DNA of 64,000 nucleotides, from contig OX597816.1 of assembly GCA_951406725.2 (NCBI GenBank), positions 77,562,001 through 77,626,000 on the forward strand. Direction: 5' to 3'. Under the pieces are notes generated by a model that saw nothing but the letters and a program-made list of their open reading frames with translations, did not search any database and had not been told where the DNA came from. Shown here piece by piece: positions 49,421-62,989 of the stretch. This DNA comes from Octopus vulgaris (taxonomy: Eukaryota). Position 1 is the stretch's first letter, and every line of letters starts with the position of its first letter. Both the position numbers and the translations under genes were made by a program.

Positions 49421-50814
49421 AAGAGAACCTTCCGTTTCGCGACCGTTGCCAGCACCGCCCCGTTTCGTGTCCGTTGCCAGCCTCGCCTGGCCCTTGTGCC
49501 GGTGGCACATAAAAAGCACCATCCGTTCGTGGCCGTTTGCCAGCTCTGTCTGGCACCTGTGCGGGTGGCACGTAAAAAGCACCCACTACACTCACGGAGT
49601 GGTTGGCGTTAGGAAGGGCATCCAGCCGTAGAAACACTGCCAGATTTGACTGGGCCCGATGAAGCCTTCTGGCTTCACAGACCCCAGTAGAACCGTCCAA
49701 CCCATGCTAGCATGGAAAACGGACGCTAAACGATGATGATGATGATGATGATTAACTATGTCAGCATAATTTATGTCACATAAAATTTACATGCACAACA
49801 TTGGATGGAGTGGCTTAAAATGTTTTTACATTTTCTGAAATTTTTTTGAATGTTACATTTCAATTTAAGATTATGATTTAAAAAAAAAAATTGAGAAAAC
49901 AAGTTTTTTCTTTAATTAAATTAAATAAAAAAAATTGGGTGAAGTTCTAGAATAAGTATGCCTTCCACTCCTTGTAGCTTTTTCATTTGTAATTTTTTTT
50001 CAAAAAAATTTCTTTGAATTTCTATTTTGAAACATTGGATGTTACAATTCTAGAAGCTGGAATCCACAAATTTGATTTTTTTATAATCTAACAAACATTT
50101 CACATTTTCCAGTGTCTATGAAAGTAGTAATGCACAGGATATCTTTTTTTAAAACTTTTGTTTTTAAAGGGACATATTTCTTAAGGAGGGGCGAGATTAG
50201 AAATTGAATTAGTACAATATACAAACACACATTCAATATTTTTAGGATTCACAATCATTGTGTTGACAGTTATTTCTTCTGAAGGAAAAAATAAATTTTT
50301 TTCTTACCTATGTTTATGCAAATATATATATAAAATAGATTTCAAATTTTGGCACAATGCCAGAAACTTTAGGAGTGGAGATAAGTCAATTACATCAACC
50401 CCACTGCTCAACTGATACTTATACTGACCCTGAAAGGATGACAGGCAAAGTCATCCCTGGTGGCATTTGAACTCAGTATATAAGTTGGAAGAAATACTGC
50501 TAAGCATTTTGTTCATAATGATTCTACTAGGTTTCTGCTCTTTGTGAATATATAATTATTAACACGGTTTTTCAATCTGGACCTCTTTTCCTTTGAAAGT
50601 TTCAAATTTCTATTTTTACACTATCAGAGACATGATTCTGGGAGGAGTTGGGAAAAGGGAATCTACAAATTTAATTTTTTTATCTAACAAATATTTCATG
50701 TTTCTCAGTGTTTATGAAAGAAATAATAATTGGTATGTGTTGTATGTGTGTAGAATCCTCAATGTAAAAAGAAAAATCTTTGCCTACATGTGTATACAAG
50801 TGTACATAACCAAA

Positions 50815-51201
50815 CCTGTGTGGTTAAGAAGTCCACTTTGCTACCATGTAGTTTTGAATTTAATTTCACTGTAGCTTCAGTATCTTCTGTAGCCTCAAGT
50901 TCATTAATAACTTGTGAGTGAATTTGGTTGATAGAAACAGCAGAAAGTCTGTTGCACATGTGTGTTTATGTGAGCATCTGTGTTTGTGTTATATGTGTGT
51001 TTGTGTGTCTGTGTTTGTCCCCCCAACATCGCTTGACAACCGATGCTGGTGTGTTTATGTCCCCATAACTTAGCAGGCTGGCAAAAGAGACCAATAGAAT
51101 AAGTACTAGGCTTACAAAGAATAAGTCCTGGGGTCGATTTGCTTGACTAAAGGTGATGCTCCAGCATGGCCACAGTCAAAATGACTGAAACAAGTAAAAG
51201 A
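50815..51201 (+). mobile_element. SINE family A
   Basis: Degenerate head and well-preserved 3' half (CATCGCTTGACAACCGATGCTGG...). Confidence 0.85.
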
Positions 51202-51999
51202 TGTGCATGGAGTTGCATGACTTGATATTCCATACTTGTTACTGTTGGATCAAAATGGTGATAATATTTACATTCCTTATTGACATGATCAGCTACATTG
51301 AGCTTTCAAAGACCTAGGCAACAAAAATTCCTTATTTGAACAACATCCAGCTGTAAATCCTGCTACAAATAACTTTGTGTCTAACCCATGCTAGCATGGA
51401 AAAACAGTCGTAAAATAAGGAACGAGCTAATACCTAGAGACCTAGAACTACTTACATTTATGTCTGGGTGCGCAGTCAAACCATTTGGAGAAAGAAAACT
51501 CCAGAACCAAACCAAATAATTGGAAATATCTAGAAGATATTCTGATATGAAAAAAGTCTATGATTGAAATAGTCTCCAATTATCTTGCTTTTGGTTGCCA
51601 CAAGGATATTTAACTATGGATTCTTAGAAAGTGGTAACATGGTATTTAAGTGCATGTTGCTGTAATCAAATGATGCACAGATGCCTCATTAAGGTGGAAA
51701 GATGAAATAATCATCATATAGACACCTGTACAGCTAAAACGACTGAAATATTCATAAACAACTCTCTTTGCTTTATTCCCACATGTGACTGCATCTTCCA
51801 CTATTGTTTTTCTTTGGATGTGTATCTGTTTGAATATATCATCATCATTTTAATGTCCATTTTCAATTCTGGTATGGGTTTGATGAGTTGCCTCTCTAAG
51901 TCAATTCTCATTTTGGGTTATTGATTGACCAGAGGACTACATCTCATTTATATGTTCCATTTTGACATAAATTCTGTGGGTCGATACCCTGCTAATACC

Positions 52000-52236
52000 T
52001 ATTTCTTTACTACTCACAAGGGGCTAAACACAGAGAGGACAAACAAGGACAGACAAACGGATTAAGTCGATTATATCGACCCCAGTGCATGCATAACTGG
52101 TACTTATTTAATCGACCCCAAAAGGATGAAAGGCAAAGTTGACCTCGGCGGAATTTGAACTCAGAACGTAACGGCAGATGAAATACGGCTACGCATTTCG
52201 CCCGACGTGCTAACATTTCTGCCAGTTCGCCGCCTT
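52000..52236 (-). mobile_element. SINE family C, full length, young
   Basis: 15-bp TSD TACCCTGCTAATACC (51985-51999 and 52237-52251); minus-strand B-box GAGTTCAAATTCC. Degenerate relatives near 9140, 27600 and 50340. Confidence 0.9.
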
Positions 52237-55200
52237 TACCCTGCTAATACCAATCACTTAACAAAGTGTACTGCGTACATTTTATAGTGGTACTGCTCCT
52301 TGAGAGGTTGTCATATTCTGAACATAATATGATTCATTTCAACCTTGTGTTATCTTTGATAGTTATCTAGCATTTTACAGAGTATATTGGATGCATTTTA
52401 TTGTGACACCAGCACTATTTGGGTTGCCTTGTACCTTGGAAACTAAAGAGTACTTATTACTGTAGGCTGTCTCTGTTCCTTTAAGCAATGCAACCAAGAT
52501 GGTCAACAAGTGAAGCTAAACAACAGGGAATGAACTTTGGTTAGATAGGGAAGGCTGGCAGAGGAGTAAGTAATGGGAAAGACAGTGCTGAAAGAAGTAA
52601 TAGAACACAGACAGTAGTGACAGAGATTAATATGAGAGAGACAGTGATGGTAGCTGAATGCTGGCCAGTAAGACAGCAAGCAAGTGAAATGGTCATTGGT
52701 AAGAGAAAATGGTAGATGTCAGTAATTAGTAATCTAGTGCTGCGTAAGTGTGGTGGTCACTGATAAAAGGGAACATGATGGTCAGAGAGAAAGATGATGC
52801 AATGGTTAAGGGAGAGAACAAGTGTTGGATAATCACAAAGAAGGGCTGTATCTCTTACTGAGATACAGAGAGTGATGGATGTCAATAACAAATAAGCTGG
52901 GAGAGAGGGATCATTGGTTCACAGTTAAGAAAGGTGATGGTGGAATGGATTTAATGCAGCCAGTCTTTTGTTGCATAAGCATTGTGAAGGAAGTGGTAGA
53001 GAAAAGTAGAGGGATATAAATGATGGCAGTATATATACGTGTACACCTTCAGGAGGGTGAAGGAGCAAGCTCACCTGTCCCAGCCTCCTTGATACTCCTC
53101 TTATAGGGAATCAGTGGATGAGAGATCCTAATATAGATATACAACTTAATCCCCTCCACCCCCTCTCTCTCCCCATTTTAATGTATGTTTTTCTGTGTTT
53201 TTATGGGACTGTGAGTCTTCTCCGACACTGTGTGTACCAATTATTACAGCTTTTGTCATCTCTTTCCTGAGTCACACCATCTTGAGATCAGTCTTCTCCA
53301 CTTAGTCTCCTCCCTCATCCACAGGTTCCATCCACTTTAGAGTACTCAATCAACTGACACCTTCAAGATGCTTCCAAATGTACCAACAGTCTCTCTCACT
53401 CACCCTCTATATCTGATTCTTATATCCAGTTTTTTTCCCTCTCAGCTTATTTGTAATTTGTTCTTCATGCACATCTGCACATCGAGCAAAGCAAGCTTAC
53501 TTGGTTCTTTCTATTCTTCACAAATCTGCTTCAGTCAAGTCACATGTCTTGCTATTATACAACATTACAGTTTGTACAAAAGCATCAGTCTCCTCTTCAC
53601 TTTAGGGGAGAAACTCTTTGTTGCCAGAGAAGTAACAGCTTACTGAATTTTTACTATCCCATTCTTACTCTGGCTTCCATTCTTTCAGCATACCCTCTTC
53701 AGCTGCTGATTAGACCACTTAAATAGCAAAAGTAATCAGCTGCCTGTAATGAGCTTTGCTAGGTTGTAAAGCCATACCATATTCAAAATCTATCTTATTT
53801 GACAGGCTGCATGGAATCCTATAACACTTTTTTGCATCCATAGTTTACACTTTGTTCGAGATACGAAATTTTTGACTACTACTTTTCTGCATATCAAGGG
53901 ATGCCATTTCCCTAAAGGTCATCTATACCTTGTCTTCTTTCCAATTTATTAAAACTTCAGTCTTTGATTAGTAAGTTTTGCTTCCAAATCTGAAATGTCT
54001 TCTCTAAAATCACCTACAGATATGGCAATAATTAATACAGTTTTGGGTTTGTATGTGTGTAAGCATCTAAGTGTGTGTATGTGTGTGTGCATGCGTGCGT
54101 GTGTGTGTGTGTGTGTGTGTATGTGTGTAATGTGCAGTACACACATTTACAAACTGGAAAGTTAGTGACATCAATTTTGCCTAAGAAAAAGAAAGAAACA
54201 TGGCTTAAGTTAATTTCTGCACATGTTCTTCTGATACAGTTTTGGTCATTTTCTCTACATGTACTTTATAAAAGACTAAAAGATGTGACAAGTTTGTATT
54301 TGACTGTCTCTGTCTGTCATTCTGTTCTTTCCCCTCCCCCCCCACATTTTTGTGTTAACAGACAAAACTAAGCTACTCTATTTACAATAGGTCTCATTCA
54401 TTAGCTGAGAGAACACCAAATATCTCTAGCCTAATAGTTTTCAACATTTCTGTTTTGCAATTTCTTGTTTCACAATTCCATTACTTATACAATCTAAATA
54501 TTAATGAGAATTTTGAATGAAAACTGCCAGATTGAACACAACTTTGAGATTTTAAGGACTGTAATATCAAAGTAAATACTTTGACCAGCTCAGAGTGAAG
54601 AATGTGGGAGTGATTTATGAGATTTTAACATAATATGGAGAGGGTAACGCCACATGAAGTTTTGAAGAGAGTTCAATTTGTGACATTCTAGATAATGCTG
54701 GTGAAGCCTGCATAATAATAATAATAATAATAAAAACAACAACATTTTATTTGGCCTTTTCTTCTGATATTGGTCCCAGTCTATCAGAAAATGCAAGATC
54801 AGTGAAGGTTTCTTCCTTTAATAATTTTTGAGATTATGACTGAAGCAAAATCAATATGTGGAATAATTAAAATGGCCGACTATGAATGAGGATAAATAGC
54901 TGCCCACCTGCTTAGTTGAAATGTGTCCATATCTTCATGGCAATGTAGTGATTATCAAGAATAATCAATTATTGGACACAAGAAGTGAACATACTAGCTA
55001 TAATTATACCATCAGTCCAATGAATAGAAATTGTTTTATGTCCCCAGTGTATCATTCTTATCAGTGACCAAAAGTGATTGAGATATTATCACCTTTGTAT
55101 AAAGCAAGGCCTCTGATAGAAACAATATTGGAAATCTGCCACATATAATATTGCCCAGGCTGTTGTTGAGTCCCAAGTCAACCTTGATCAAGCAGGCATT

Positions 55201-55479
55201 GTAACTGTGACAATCCCATATTGTAGGTGTCTCAAGAACCAAGTATCTAATATGCCCTCTTTTTAAAGATGGTTAATGTAGCTATTTGATGGGTAATTTG
55301 GTTGCTAGTTCCAGGAGGATAAACAACTGCATAGAGGCTCCCTCTTTGACTTGTAGAGAACATGTGTGGTGGGAGGTTATGAAGCGATTTTGAATTTCTC
55401 TTTGTATCATAATCTATTGATATATTTTTTTAACACTGTTCTACTGTTGAATATCTGGACATAGATGCCAGAAATGGCA

Positions 55480-56030
55480 GCATGCCTTTTATGTCTGTTT
55501 ATGTCTATACTTGCATGGGTTGAACAGGGACTTCTGTAGCCCTTTGGCACTTCTTTTATGAGTTTCCTCCTCTTGAGATCAGCTTTTTCAGTTCTTCCCA
55601 AGTCATCCTAGGTTTTCTCTTCTGCAGATTCTTTTCATTTGGATCTTTTGGCATTTCTTTATTCAAGTGTCTTTCCCCATATGCAAAGTATATCCAAACC
55701 AGCTCAGTCTTCTCTTGAACATACTTCTGATTCCTCTTATACCCATTTTTTTTTTTATTTAACTCATTTGTACTCTGTCCTTCATGTACACCATCATTAC
55801 ACATCCAGTGGAGCATATTCAGTTTACTTCTTTCATCCATTCATACTTCCTCCACAATTCAGTGTCAATGTTTCACCATTATGCAACATTATACTTTGTA
55901 TGCAAGTATCATACACTCACCCATTCACTTGGAGAGGGAGTACCTTTATTGCCAGCAGAGGTAATAGCTTCCTGAATTTTTCCATCATGTTCATACTTAG
56001 GATACTATGCTTTCAGAATACTCTCTTCCA
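55480..56030 (-). mobile_element. Degenerate RTE C-terminal remnant
   Basis: ORF 55556-55840 contains MLHWMCN...RKPRMTWEE. Confidence 0.7.
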
Positions 56031-56034
56031 TTAA

Positions 56035-56600
56035 TCATCATCATCAATATCTTTTAATGTCCGCTTTCCATGCTAGCATGGGTTGGATGATTGACTGAGG
56101 GCTGGCGAACCAGATGGCTGCACCAGGCCTCAATCTTGATCTGGCAGAGTTTCTACAGCTGGATGCCCTTCCTAACGCCAACTACTCTGAGAGTGTAGTG
56201 GGTGCTTTTACGTGCCACCGGCACAGGGCCAGTCAGGTGGTACTGGCAACAACTTCACTCGAATCCCTTACACATGCCACTGGCACAGGTGCCAGTAAGG
56301 CGATGCTAGTAATGATCACACTCGAATGGTGTCTTTTACGTGCCACCAGCACGGAAGCCAGATAGCCGCTCTGGCAATGATCACGCTCGGATGGTGCTCT
56401 TAATACCCTACTAGCATGGGTCTCGAGTGCCAGTAAGGCAACGTTGGTAATGATCATGCTCGAATGGTGCCTTTTAAGTGCCACTGGCACGGAAACCAGT
56501 TAGTCGCCCTGTCAGTGATCACGCCCGTATGGTGTTCTTTGCACCCTGCTAGCTTGGGCGCCAGTCATCGAATTTGATTTTGATTTTGATTGCCTCAACA
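56035..56600 (-). mobile_element. RTE-type 3' end with tandem units
   Basis: (CAT)n tail, TTTCCATGCTAGCATGGGTTGG, and repeated GGTGCTTTTACGTGCCACC units. Confidence 0.85.
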
Positions 56601-56859
56601 GAAGAAAAGCTGTCAACTACTTCTGTGGAACCCACTTGGCAGAATTTATTTTGTGGATGCGCTTGCTGTTAATTATGTTTGTGCATCTGCTATATATGCA
56701 GTCTTCTGTTATGCATCTGTGCACCCATAGTTTACTCTGTATGAAATTCTTATCAGCTCCTTTTCTGCATATTGAGAATGGTCGTCACTTCCCCAATTGT
56801 TGTAGAATTGCATTTTCTCTTCTAATTAAAACTCTTGTCTTTGTCATCTTTTATTTTTA

Positions 56860-57328
56860 TATTTTTACTTCTTTCAGTCATTAGAATGTGGCCATGCTGG
56901 GGCACCACCTTTGTAGGGTTTTTAGTTGGACAAATCAACTCCACTACTTATTTTTTCAAGTCTGGTACTTATTCCATCAGTCTCTTTTGTGAAACTTTTA
57001 AGTTACAGAGACACAACCAAACCAGCATTGATTGTGAAGTGGTGGTGGGGACGGATGGACACACACACACACACACACACCTTGGGCTTCCACGCAATTT
57101 TCATCTGCCAGATTCACTCACAAGGTATTGGTTAGTCTGGGCCTATAGTAGATAACACATATCCAAGGTGCCAGGCAGTGAAACTGAACCTGAAACCATG
57201 TGGTTGCAAAGCATGTTTCTTAACCACACATCAATGCTTGCACCTATTCTCTTATTCTTTTACTTGTTTCAGTCATTTGACTGTGGCCATGCTGGAGCAC
57301 CGGCTTTAGTTGAGCAAATCAACCCCTT
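56860..57328 (-). mobile_element. SINE family A plus an adjacent tail fragment
   Basis: Reverse complement of family A at 56860-57245 and an extra 3' fragment at 57255-57328. Confidence 0.8.
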
Positions 57329-57399
57329 TATGATCTCTTGATTCTATGTTTTCTTTCACATATACAATATCTTCACTAATTCTTTAGGTCATCAACATA

Positions 57400-58600
57400 C
57401 TGAACTTCCCATGGCTAGCTCATTTTAAATTCTTCTGGTTTGATCTGGAGAAATATAGTAAATAGCAAGAGGGATAAAAACTGAACATAGTGAACTCTCA
57501 CTTTGCTGAAAGCATTTCTGTACATGGGTTGCATGGCTCATAGGCCATTCACCTACACCTTATTTTCTTAGTGATTACCATACTACAGAGCATAGAAGCT
57601 ATTCAAAGGCTTTCTTCAGGTGAAGGAATGATAGTTATAATGGTTTGCTTTTTGCTAATAATTTCTTTTGTGGCTATTGCTAGTGGTGGCTGCAGCTGCT
57701 GCTGTGTTGGCATTGTTGTTTAACATCCATCGCTAGGAAAAGGGCAATGATAGTACCCTGTCGTAGCACAAGTCTGAACTGCAGTTTTCTTTCTAATTAT
57801 GAGTAGGTGCTGAAAAGTTGCTGGCTTTAAGGATATCATGAAAGGCCTGGTTAGAAGCCAGCCCTCCAAGTTCTTTTACAGGGCTTAGAAAAACTGAAGG
57901 ACCACTGCAATATGTGTGTGAATCTGTGTGGGAAATATGTTGAATAAAATCATAATTAACTGATCCTCCTGTATTTTCTTTTAGCCAAAGCCAGGAACTT
58001 TTCAGCACCTCTTTGTAATTGTACTGTAATTCTTTGTTATTTTTCTGTCTGATTATTAGTTTTATACCTCTGCAGTTGCTTTTTTCTAGAGTATTACTTT
58101 TACAGTTGTAACAACTAGTTATGACACTGTTACACTAATCATTGAGAATGGTCCTTTTCCGTTGTTACCTAAAGAAATAGTGCATGTCCCACTTGCTAAA
58201 TATCTTTAGCATTTCTACAGCTTTCCATTACGAACCAGCTGCTTTGCCTGCCTTCATATTCTAATGGCAATTTTAACCACATACCTGTCAATTTCAATTC
58301 CTGGTTCATCTACTGGAATATAGTAATCCCAACTATCTCTCAGGCATTCTCCTTGTTCAGCAACCTCATAATAGAATTTCCACTCTTCTTTCCTCATCAT
58401 GTTAATGAGTGTGAGCTGCTATTATTCAAGCTTCTCATGCAAGCTTCTCGCCAGTAACATCCTGATTCATGCTGACACTACTACTTTGCAATCCAGAACA
58501 TCCAGTGCTTCTGATATTCATATTGCAATGTCTTTCCACTGCTTTTCTTACTTTTCACACTAATGCATGCAGTGCAAATGATAGATAGGTTTCTGAAGGT
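57400..58600 (-). mobile_element. Old RTE RT remnant
   Basis: Degenerate minus-strand similarity to the RT region (a DL.KAF-like word near 57600-57622). Confidence 0.45.
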
Positions 58601-58923
58601 TGGTCTGTGAGTAAAAGTATCAGCTACGCTTAAACAGCTGGAAGTTAGGGTAAAGTGTAGAGGTACGCTGCATGATATAACATTAATTTGTGTGTTGGAT
58701 ATATTCTTTTATTGAATCAATAGAAATGTAAAAATATTGACACTAATATTTTGAAAGTGATGTCAGTCAAATTGTGTGCCAGGTGTATTGTGTGTGTGTG
58801 TGTAACATGTTGGGTCTAAAGTTAACAAACAAGCCCTTAAATGTATATAAAGTACAACATGGGGAGAAGTTCTCTCAGCAAAAATAAATATTGTCCACCT
58901 GTTGAAATATCTCTCATATCTAT

Positions 58924-59074
58924 GTGCAGGCATTGCTGTGTGGTTAAGATGTTTACTTTGCAATGATGGGGTTTTGAGTTCAGTTCCTACTGTGCAGAGC
59001 ACCTTGGCAAGTGTCTTCTACTCCAGACTTGCAAATGCCTTATAAAGTGAATTTGATAAATGGCAATTGTGTGG

Positions 59075-59144
<70 letters not shown>

Positions 59145-59345
59145 CCTCATATTTGTTTGTCCCCCCCACCCTTAACAACTGGTGCTGATGTATTTACGTC
59201 CCTATAACTTAGTGGTTCAACAAAATGGATCAATAGAATAAATACCTGACTTAAGAAAAAAGTACTGGGGTCAATTTGTTCAACTAAATCTTCAGGGTGT
59301 TGTCCCAGCATGACTTCAGTCCAATGGCTGAAATAAAGAAAAAGA
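58924..59345 (+). mobile_element. SINE family A with expanded (GT)n
   Basis: Head, CORE-like segment and tail present; (GT)n at 59077-59140. Confidence 0.85.
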
Positions 59346-61794
59346 TAACTGATAAAGATATATTGCGTGTCATTATATAAGCTCTTGCTCTGTAGGATTA
59401 GGATTATTTTGCTACTTAGCTAATTGATTTATGCCATTTCCCCTTCTGCACTCTTCTATGAAAACATTGCATTGTAAATGCAGTTCTCCCCACTGAGAAT
59501 TGAACCGTGCACCTTTTTGTCTGTCTAGCCAGCAGGGGATATAGGTTTTGAATACCATCATACATCATTGCATATTTTATTTTCAATTGTCATATTTACC
59601 TTTGCCTGTTTGTTTACAGTTACTCTCAACTATTATATTTTATCATTTGTAGATACACATACATAAACGTACATGGAAATATACGCATTCACTTTAATTA
59701 TTTTGCTAGTTTTAGTCATTCAGCTATGACCACATTAGGACATTGGCTTTTGAGAGCTTTTAATTGATTATTTTGCTGAATTTGGAAAGAGGAATGGCCA
59801 AAGTCACTTGTGTGTTAAGAGATATAACCAAATACCACAAGTTATTTTCTCTGATACTCCACCAATTTTGCCACCCACCATGTGTGTATAAACATGCACA
59901 TGTACATACATACATAAGTGTATAAATAAACATATGCACGTGTGTGCATATATCAATTATCATTACTTCATGTCTGCTTTCCATGCTGGCATGAGTTGAA
60001 CGCTTTGATAGGATCAGATGCATTGTAGGACATTGTCTTGCTCCAGTGTCTCAGTTTTGGCATAGCTTCTGCTACTGGATGCTCTTCCTAATAACAATAA
60101 TTACTATAAAACAAATTTTAAATTTTGGGAAGAATTTTGGATATATATTTGGTAATTTGAGAAACAAACTATACCAGTGAGTGAGCCTCTATTGTGGTTA
60201 TTTCACTGGCTATAATTAGTTGATAATTAGTTGATAGATATCTTGAAACTGCATCGTGCTGTCTTAAAACGACTAAAGACATTGGTCATTGTAATTCTTG
60301 ATATATAAAAAGATAAGATGGTCATAGCTGGATCACTTTTCATCATATTTCTTCTCAATAAACTTAGACTCTGAACTAAACAATGAAAGACAAAATCATA
60401 TACATATGTATGCATGCACGCGCGCGCGTGCACACACACACAATTGGGTTATTATATAAAAACCAAAATCACTTAAGCAAGGAAAATTGAATATTATAGA
60501 AATACATTTATGCATGTAGTTACATAGAAGCCAATTGTCTTTTTAATATATTGGTAGTTTTAATGGTTAGTGGCATAAAATGCATTCATTCAAATATTAT
60601 ACATACACACACATTGTAAAGAAACTCAATTTCTATCAGATATTGGTGTTTATAATAGTTAGTGGTGCAAAATACATTTAAATAGTGGACCACATATGTA
60701 GATGACTATCTTTACTCCCACACAGTTACATAAAATTACTTGTGTAGTCCTTTAGTTATTCCTTAAAGCTAATAAAGAATACAAAATCATACACAATGCA
60801 AATAATGATTTTTAAAAAAATTGTTATTTATAGTTGAAATCATGCCAAAACAAAAAAATAAAAGAGGAAGAGATGAAAAGTGGAGACACGTACAATACAG
60901 ACCCCTTGGTACATGCAGCCTGTGTAGGAGAACATAAACTTTGAATAAACTACAGTTAGTCCATGTTATATAGTGGTTGGAAACAAAAGGAGTATCCAGT
61001 TGAGTGTTTGGGTGGGTGTTTGGATGGTGAGGCATACAAAAGATGGCTTGTTTTCCCTACTGCTGTGTATGTTGCATGATGAAAGATTCATAACAAGTGT
61101 TGCAAGACAAGAGACTCTTCTTACTCATGCTGGAATCGAAAAGTAGATGTAAAATAGTGAGTCCCTAACCAACTCTAATTGAGCAGAGCAATGATCAAAG
61201 ACATTTCAGCCTTGATCATCATGTCTTTTTAGGAAAATATATTCCATTATCTAATATGTCCTTTGTATATTTTATCTTGGTTGTCTGTGATTCAAAGGAG
61301 ATTTACTTGCTGTATCTTAAAGGTTGAGCAACTATATAAAAGAATCCTCATTGGCTTTCTTTTTTCAGTAATTTTGAACCTTGGTAGTCTTCAGTTAATG
61401 GTGTGCATAGGATCTTTCCCTATATACAGCTGATCCCTGATTTATGTAACAAGTAATTAGAATATAATTTATCATTCATATAGAATCTCCATTAAGTCAT
61501 TAGTAAACTGGCATAGCTATGGAAAATATATTCTTAGAAGAGACTGTTCTTTCACTTTTTTTATTTGAATTAAAATTCCAGTTTTGCACTGTGTGCATGC
61601 ATACGCGTGCACCCCCCCCCCCGGCGTAAAAGTCAGCCTGTGTGCGTATGTGTACATACACACATTTACACATGAATATACATTAATTTTATAATTGTCA
61701 TTTATGGAGTAGTAAGCATTCACTCAACCTGCTAAGTGCTTGTTATAGAATAGAAAAATTAACTAAGTGACCTTTCTATGTTATATAAGAATAG

Positions 61795-61828
<34 letters not shown>
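61795..61828. repeat. (TAA)n microsatellite
   Basis: Read directly from the sequence. Confidence 0.95.
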
Positions 61829-61829
<1 letters not shown>

Positions 61830-62379
61830 GAACTCTCTTCTGCTGTATTGGATGAGGTAATTGTTCTGAAGATGGAAATTGATTCTCACTATATCATTGC
61901 TATTTAATTTTCATTTCTAAATACTACTTTAAAAACCCTTTATGTTTATACTCCCTAACAGAAATAACTGTTGTGATAAATGTTGTTGATAACAAGCTGA
62001 TTGCTATCTCCCTATCTACCCTTCCCACTTTGCCTGTCTCTACCTCAACACACAATCTCCTTGATAAGATCAAGGTGGTTTGAGATTTCTAGACTATTTA
62101 TCATTAACCTCCTTTTATAGGTTTTTTTTTTTGTAAATACAGATGAAGAGATTGATCTCTTTACCTGTATTTTATTTTTCATGTACTCTATTTGAATACA
62201 TAAAGCATATTTCTTAACTGAGTTTGAACACACAACCTTTATATTATCTAAGTCAGTTTCAATCCACACAATTACCGTGTTAAGGCATTAGGAGAAAAGG
62301 CTATTGTGAAACTTGCTGCAACCTAACAGTCACTTATGTGTGTGTTTGTATGTGTGTTTGTGTGTTATATCTGTAACCA

Positions 62380-62540
62380 GAACAACTGCATTAATAAAGG
62401 TCAGTGAAATATTCTCACAGACTCGACTAACACACTGAGTCTTCATACATTCTTGATCTTTTTCTCGCCTCCAAATCTTACCCTGGCCATCTCGTCTCCA
62501 TTAGATCATCTGACTATCATCTAATTAACACAAAACAATT
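62380..62540 (+). mobile_element. Old CR1-like APE endonuclease remnant
   Basis: Degenerate ILDLFLAS...PL(G)SSD(H)xLI motif. Confidence 0.4.
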
Positions 62541-62767
62541 CTTACTACACAATAACCCCTTCCTCAAAATCTGCTGGTACTTTAAGTCATGTAACTGGTC
62601 ACTGCTTCATAAAGTCCTAGTCTGGCTCTTCTTTACTGAAATGTGTTTCACTTCAAACACTTCCATGGCAACAAAAGTGGTGACAAATCACATTTTCTCC
62701 ACATTCTTTATGTAACCAAAGCTCACAACTTCAATATACTCCTGTAATTATGACCCATCATCTTTAA

Positions 62768-62967
62768 ACCTTTAGCATTTAAACTGGCCACATCCAGCCC
62801 AAATATTCCACCTGTTTTATGTTCAAACTGGTCAGGTCCAGCCTGTCATTCTAAAAAAGAAACTATCACATCTTTGAAATCTCAAAGTTACAAGATAATG
62901 TATGATTAATTCAAAACACTGAGGACAAATAATTGTTACATTTGACAGTTATCTGAATGCTAAAGGG
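62768..62967. mobile_element. TTAA-MITE family 2
   Basis: CCTTTAGCATTTAAACTGG...GAATGCTAAAGGG. Confidence 0.8.
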
Positions 62968-62989
62968 TTGAAGAGGTTTGTTCTGCAGA

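Larger units (their letters stand above)
46311..49751 (+). mobile_element. RTE-clade non-LTR retrotransposon (LINE), 5'-truncated, young copy
   Basis: APE endonuclease motifs (ISAYAPQ, GDFNGHVG, SQIDYIL), RT motifs (KAPGPSGI, FVDMEKAFDRV, GVHQGSVLSPLLF, YADD), RTE C-terminus (GRGRPRKTW), ~700-bp 3' UTR ending in a (GAT)n tail. No clear TSD seen. Confidence 0.96.

Noticed and set aside
46290-49770. Target-site duplication around the RTE LINE
   Set aside because: The flanks share only ACTAT, which is not significant.
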